Shown piece after piece: positions 62,218-62,457 of a DNA stretch of 62,457 nt. The notes under the pieces were generated by a model. It saw only the letters and a list, made by a program, of their open reading frames with translations, was not told the DNA's origin and did not search any database. This stretch comes from Kiloniellaceae bacterium. GTDB lineage: Bacteria; Pseudomonadota; Alphaproteobacteria; Kiloniellales; J153. Numbering within the stretch: position 1 is the first letter of the stretch; every line of letters begins with the position of its first letter. A program made the translations under genes and the position numbers. The stretch lies in the NCBI GenBank assembly GCA_021776215.1, contig JAJFGI010000028.1, positions 1 through 62,457 of the forward strand, given 5' to 3'.

Positions 62218-62457
62218 ATGACGGCGAAAGTGGTCACCGGTAACCGCCTCAACGACGGCATGGTCGTCTATTTGGACGCGGCCGGCAGTTGGAGCGAGCG
62301 GCTTGCCGACGCGCGCGTCGCCGACGACGACGCATCGGCGGCGGAGCTTCTGCATATTGCCGAGCAACCGGCGCAGGCCGTGCGCGTGGTCGCGCCGTAT
62401 GTGATCGAGGTCGTTGTGGAGGGCGGCACGGTGCGCGCCGAGAGCCAGCGCGAAGCG
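62218..62457 (+). CDS. DUF2849-type protein (sulfite-reductase-associated), N-terminal part; runs off the window end
   Basis: My translation gives MTAKVVTGNRLNDGMVVYLDAAGSWSERLADARVADDDASAAELLHIAEQ... Both the pattern and the position directly after cysG match what I recall for the alphaproteobacterial DUF2849 gene upstream of cysI. Confidence 0.55.
   Translation, partial: MTAKVVTGNRLNDGMVVYLDAAGSWSERLADARVADDDASAAELLHIAEQPAQAVRVVAPYVIEVVVEGGTVRAESQREA

Overview
This is a 62.5-kb, GC-rich, gene-dense bacterial chromosomal segment. It is probably alphaproteobacterial; that is an inference from content (cysG followed by a DUF2849-type gene, an RHH_4-type protein, a c2-type cytochrome, a TTAA-N7-TTAAC box). 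I saw no rRNA, CRISPR array, transposase, integrase or phage gene, and one tRNA-Val(CAC).

Content from left to right:
(1) 1-5 kb: a partial 1-Cys peroxiredoxin, an SRAP/YedK-type peptidase, a periplasmic tandem rhodanese plus a YeeE/YedE sulfur-transport protein, and an OmpA-like protein.
(2) 5.1-21.5 kb: a complete Lap-like adhesion module. It contains a 1971-aa Cys-free RTX/VWA giant adhesin with four ~876-bp tandem repeats and a TAAG di-alanine site, type I secretion ABC/HlyD/TolC genes, and a LapG-like BTLCP periplasmic cysteine protease. The expected LapD (GGDEF-EAL) receptor is absent. In its position sits a Cache-like/PAS transmembrane protein whose HD-GYP domain keeps GYP but has lost the HD dyad. 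This candidate, possibly undescribed c-di-GMP receptor variant of the Lap switch is the main finding. It is followed by an S1 protease with a peptidoglycan-binding domain.
(3) 21.6-26.2 kb: small genes (an RHH_4 fusion, cytochrome c, an SNase-like nuclease, a DksA/TraR regulator), gene remnants, and two unannotated small hydrophobic ORFs followed by a structured RNA-like element.
(4) 26.2-31.1 kb: an operon of a Ddl-like ATP-grasp ligase, a sensor-domain-MFS fusion and an ABC_sub_bind periplasmic protein.
(5) 31.4-34.0 kb: a GAF-PAS histidine kinase and a LuxR-type response regulator.
(6) 34.7-55.9 kb: 19 co-directional genes. These are an AmiC/FmdD/UrtA-type five-component ABC importer, a two-subunit N,N-dimethylformamidase-like amidohydrolase, a Rieske-oxygenase-like protein lacking canonical ligands, a Sel1 protein, an AsmA-like protein, a second Tat-exported AmiC-like binding protein next to a hybrid histidine kinase, and a urease cluster in the unusual order ureE-F-(A/B fused)-C-G-D.
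(7) 56.2-62.5 kb: housekeeping genes tRNA-Val, gph, glmU, glmS, a promoter/terminator pair that may delimit an sRNA or leader, cysG, and a partial DUF2849-type gene.

Many long ORFs in the supplied track are antisense artefacts of high GC content and were rejected.
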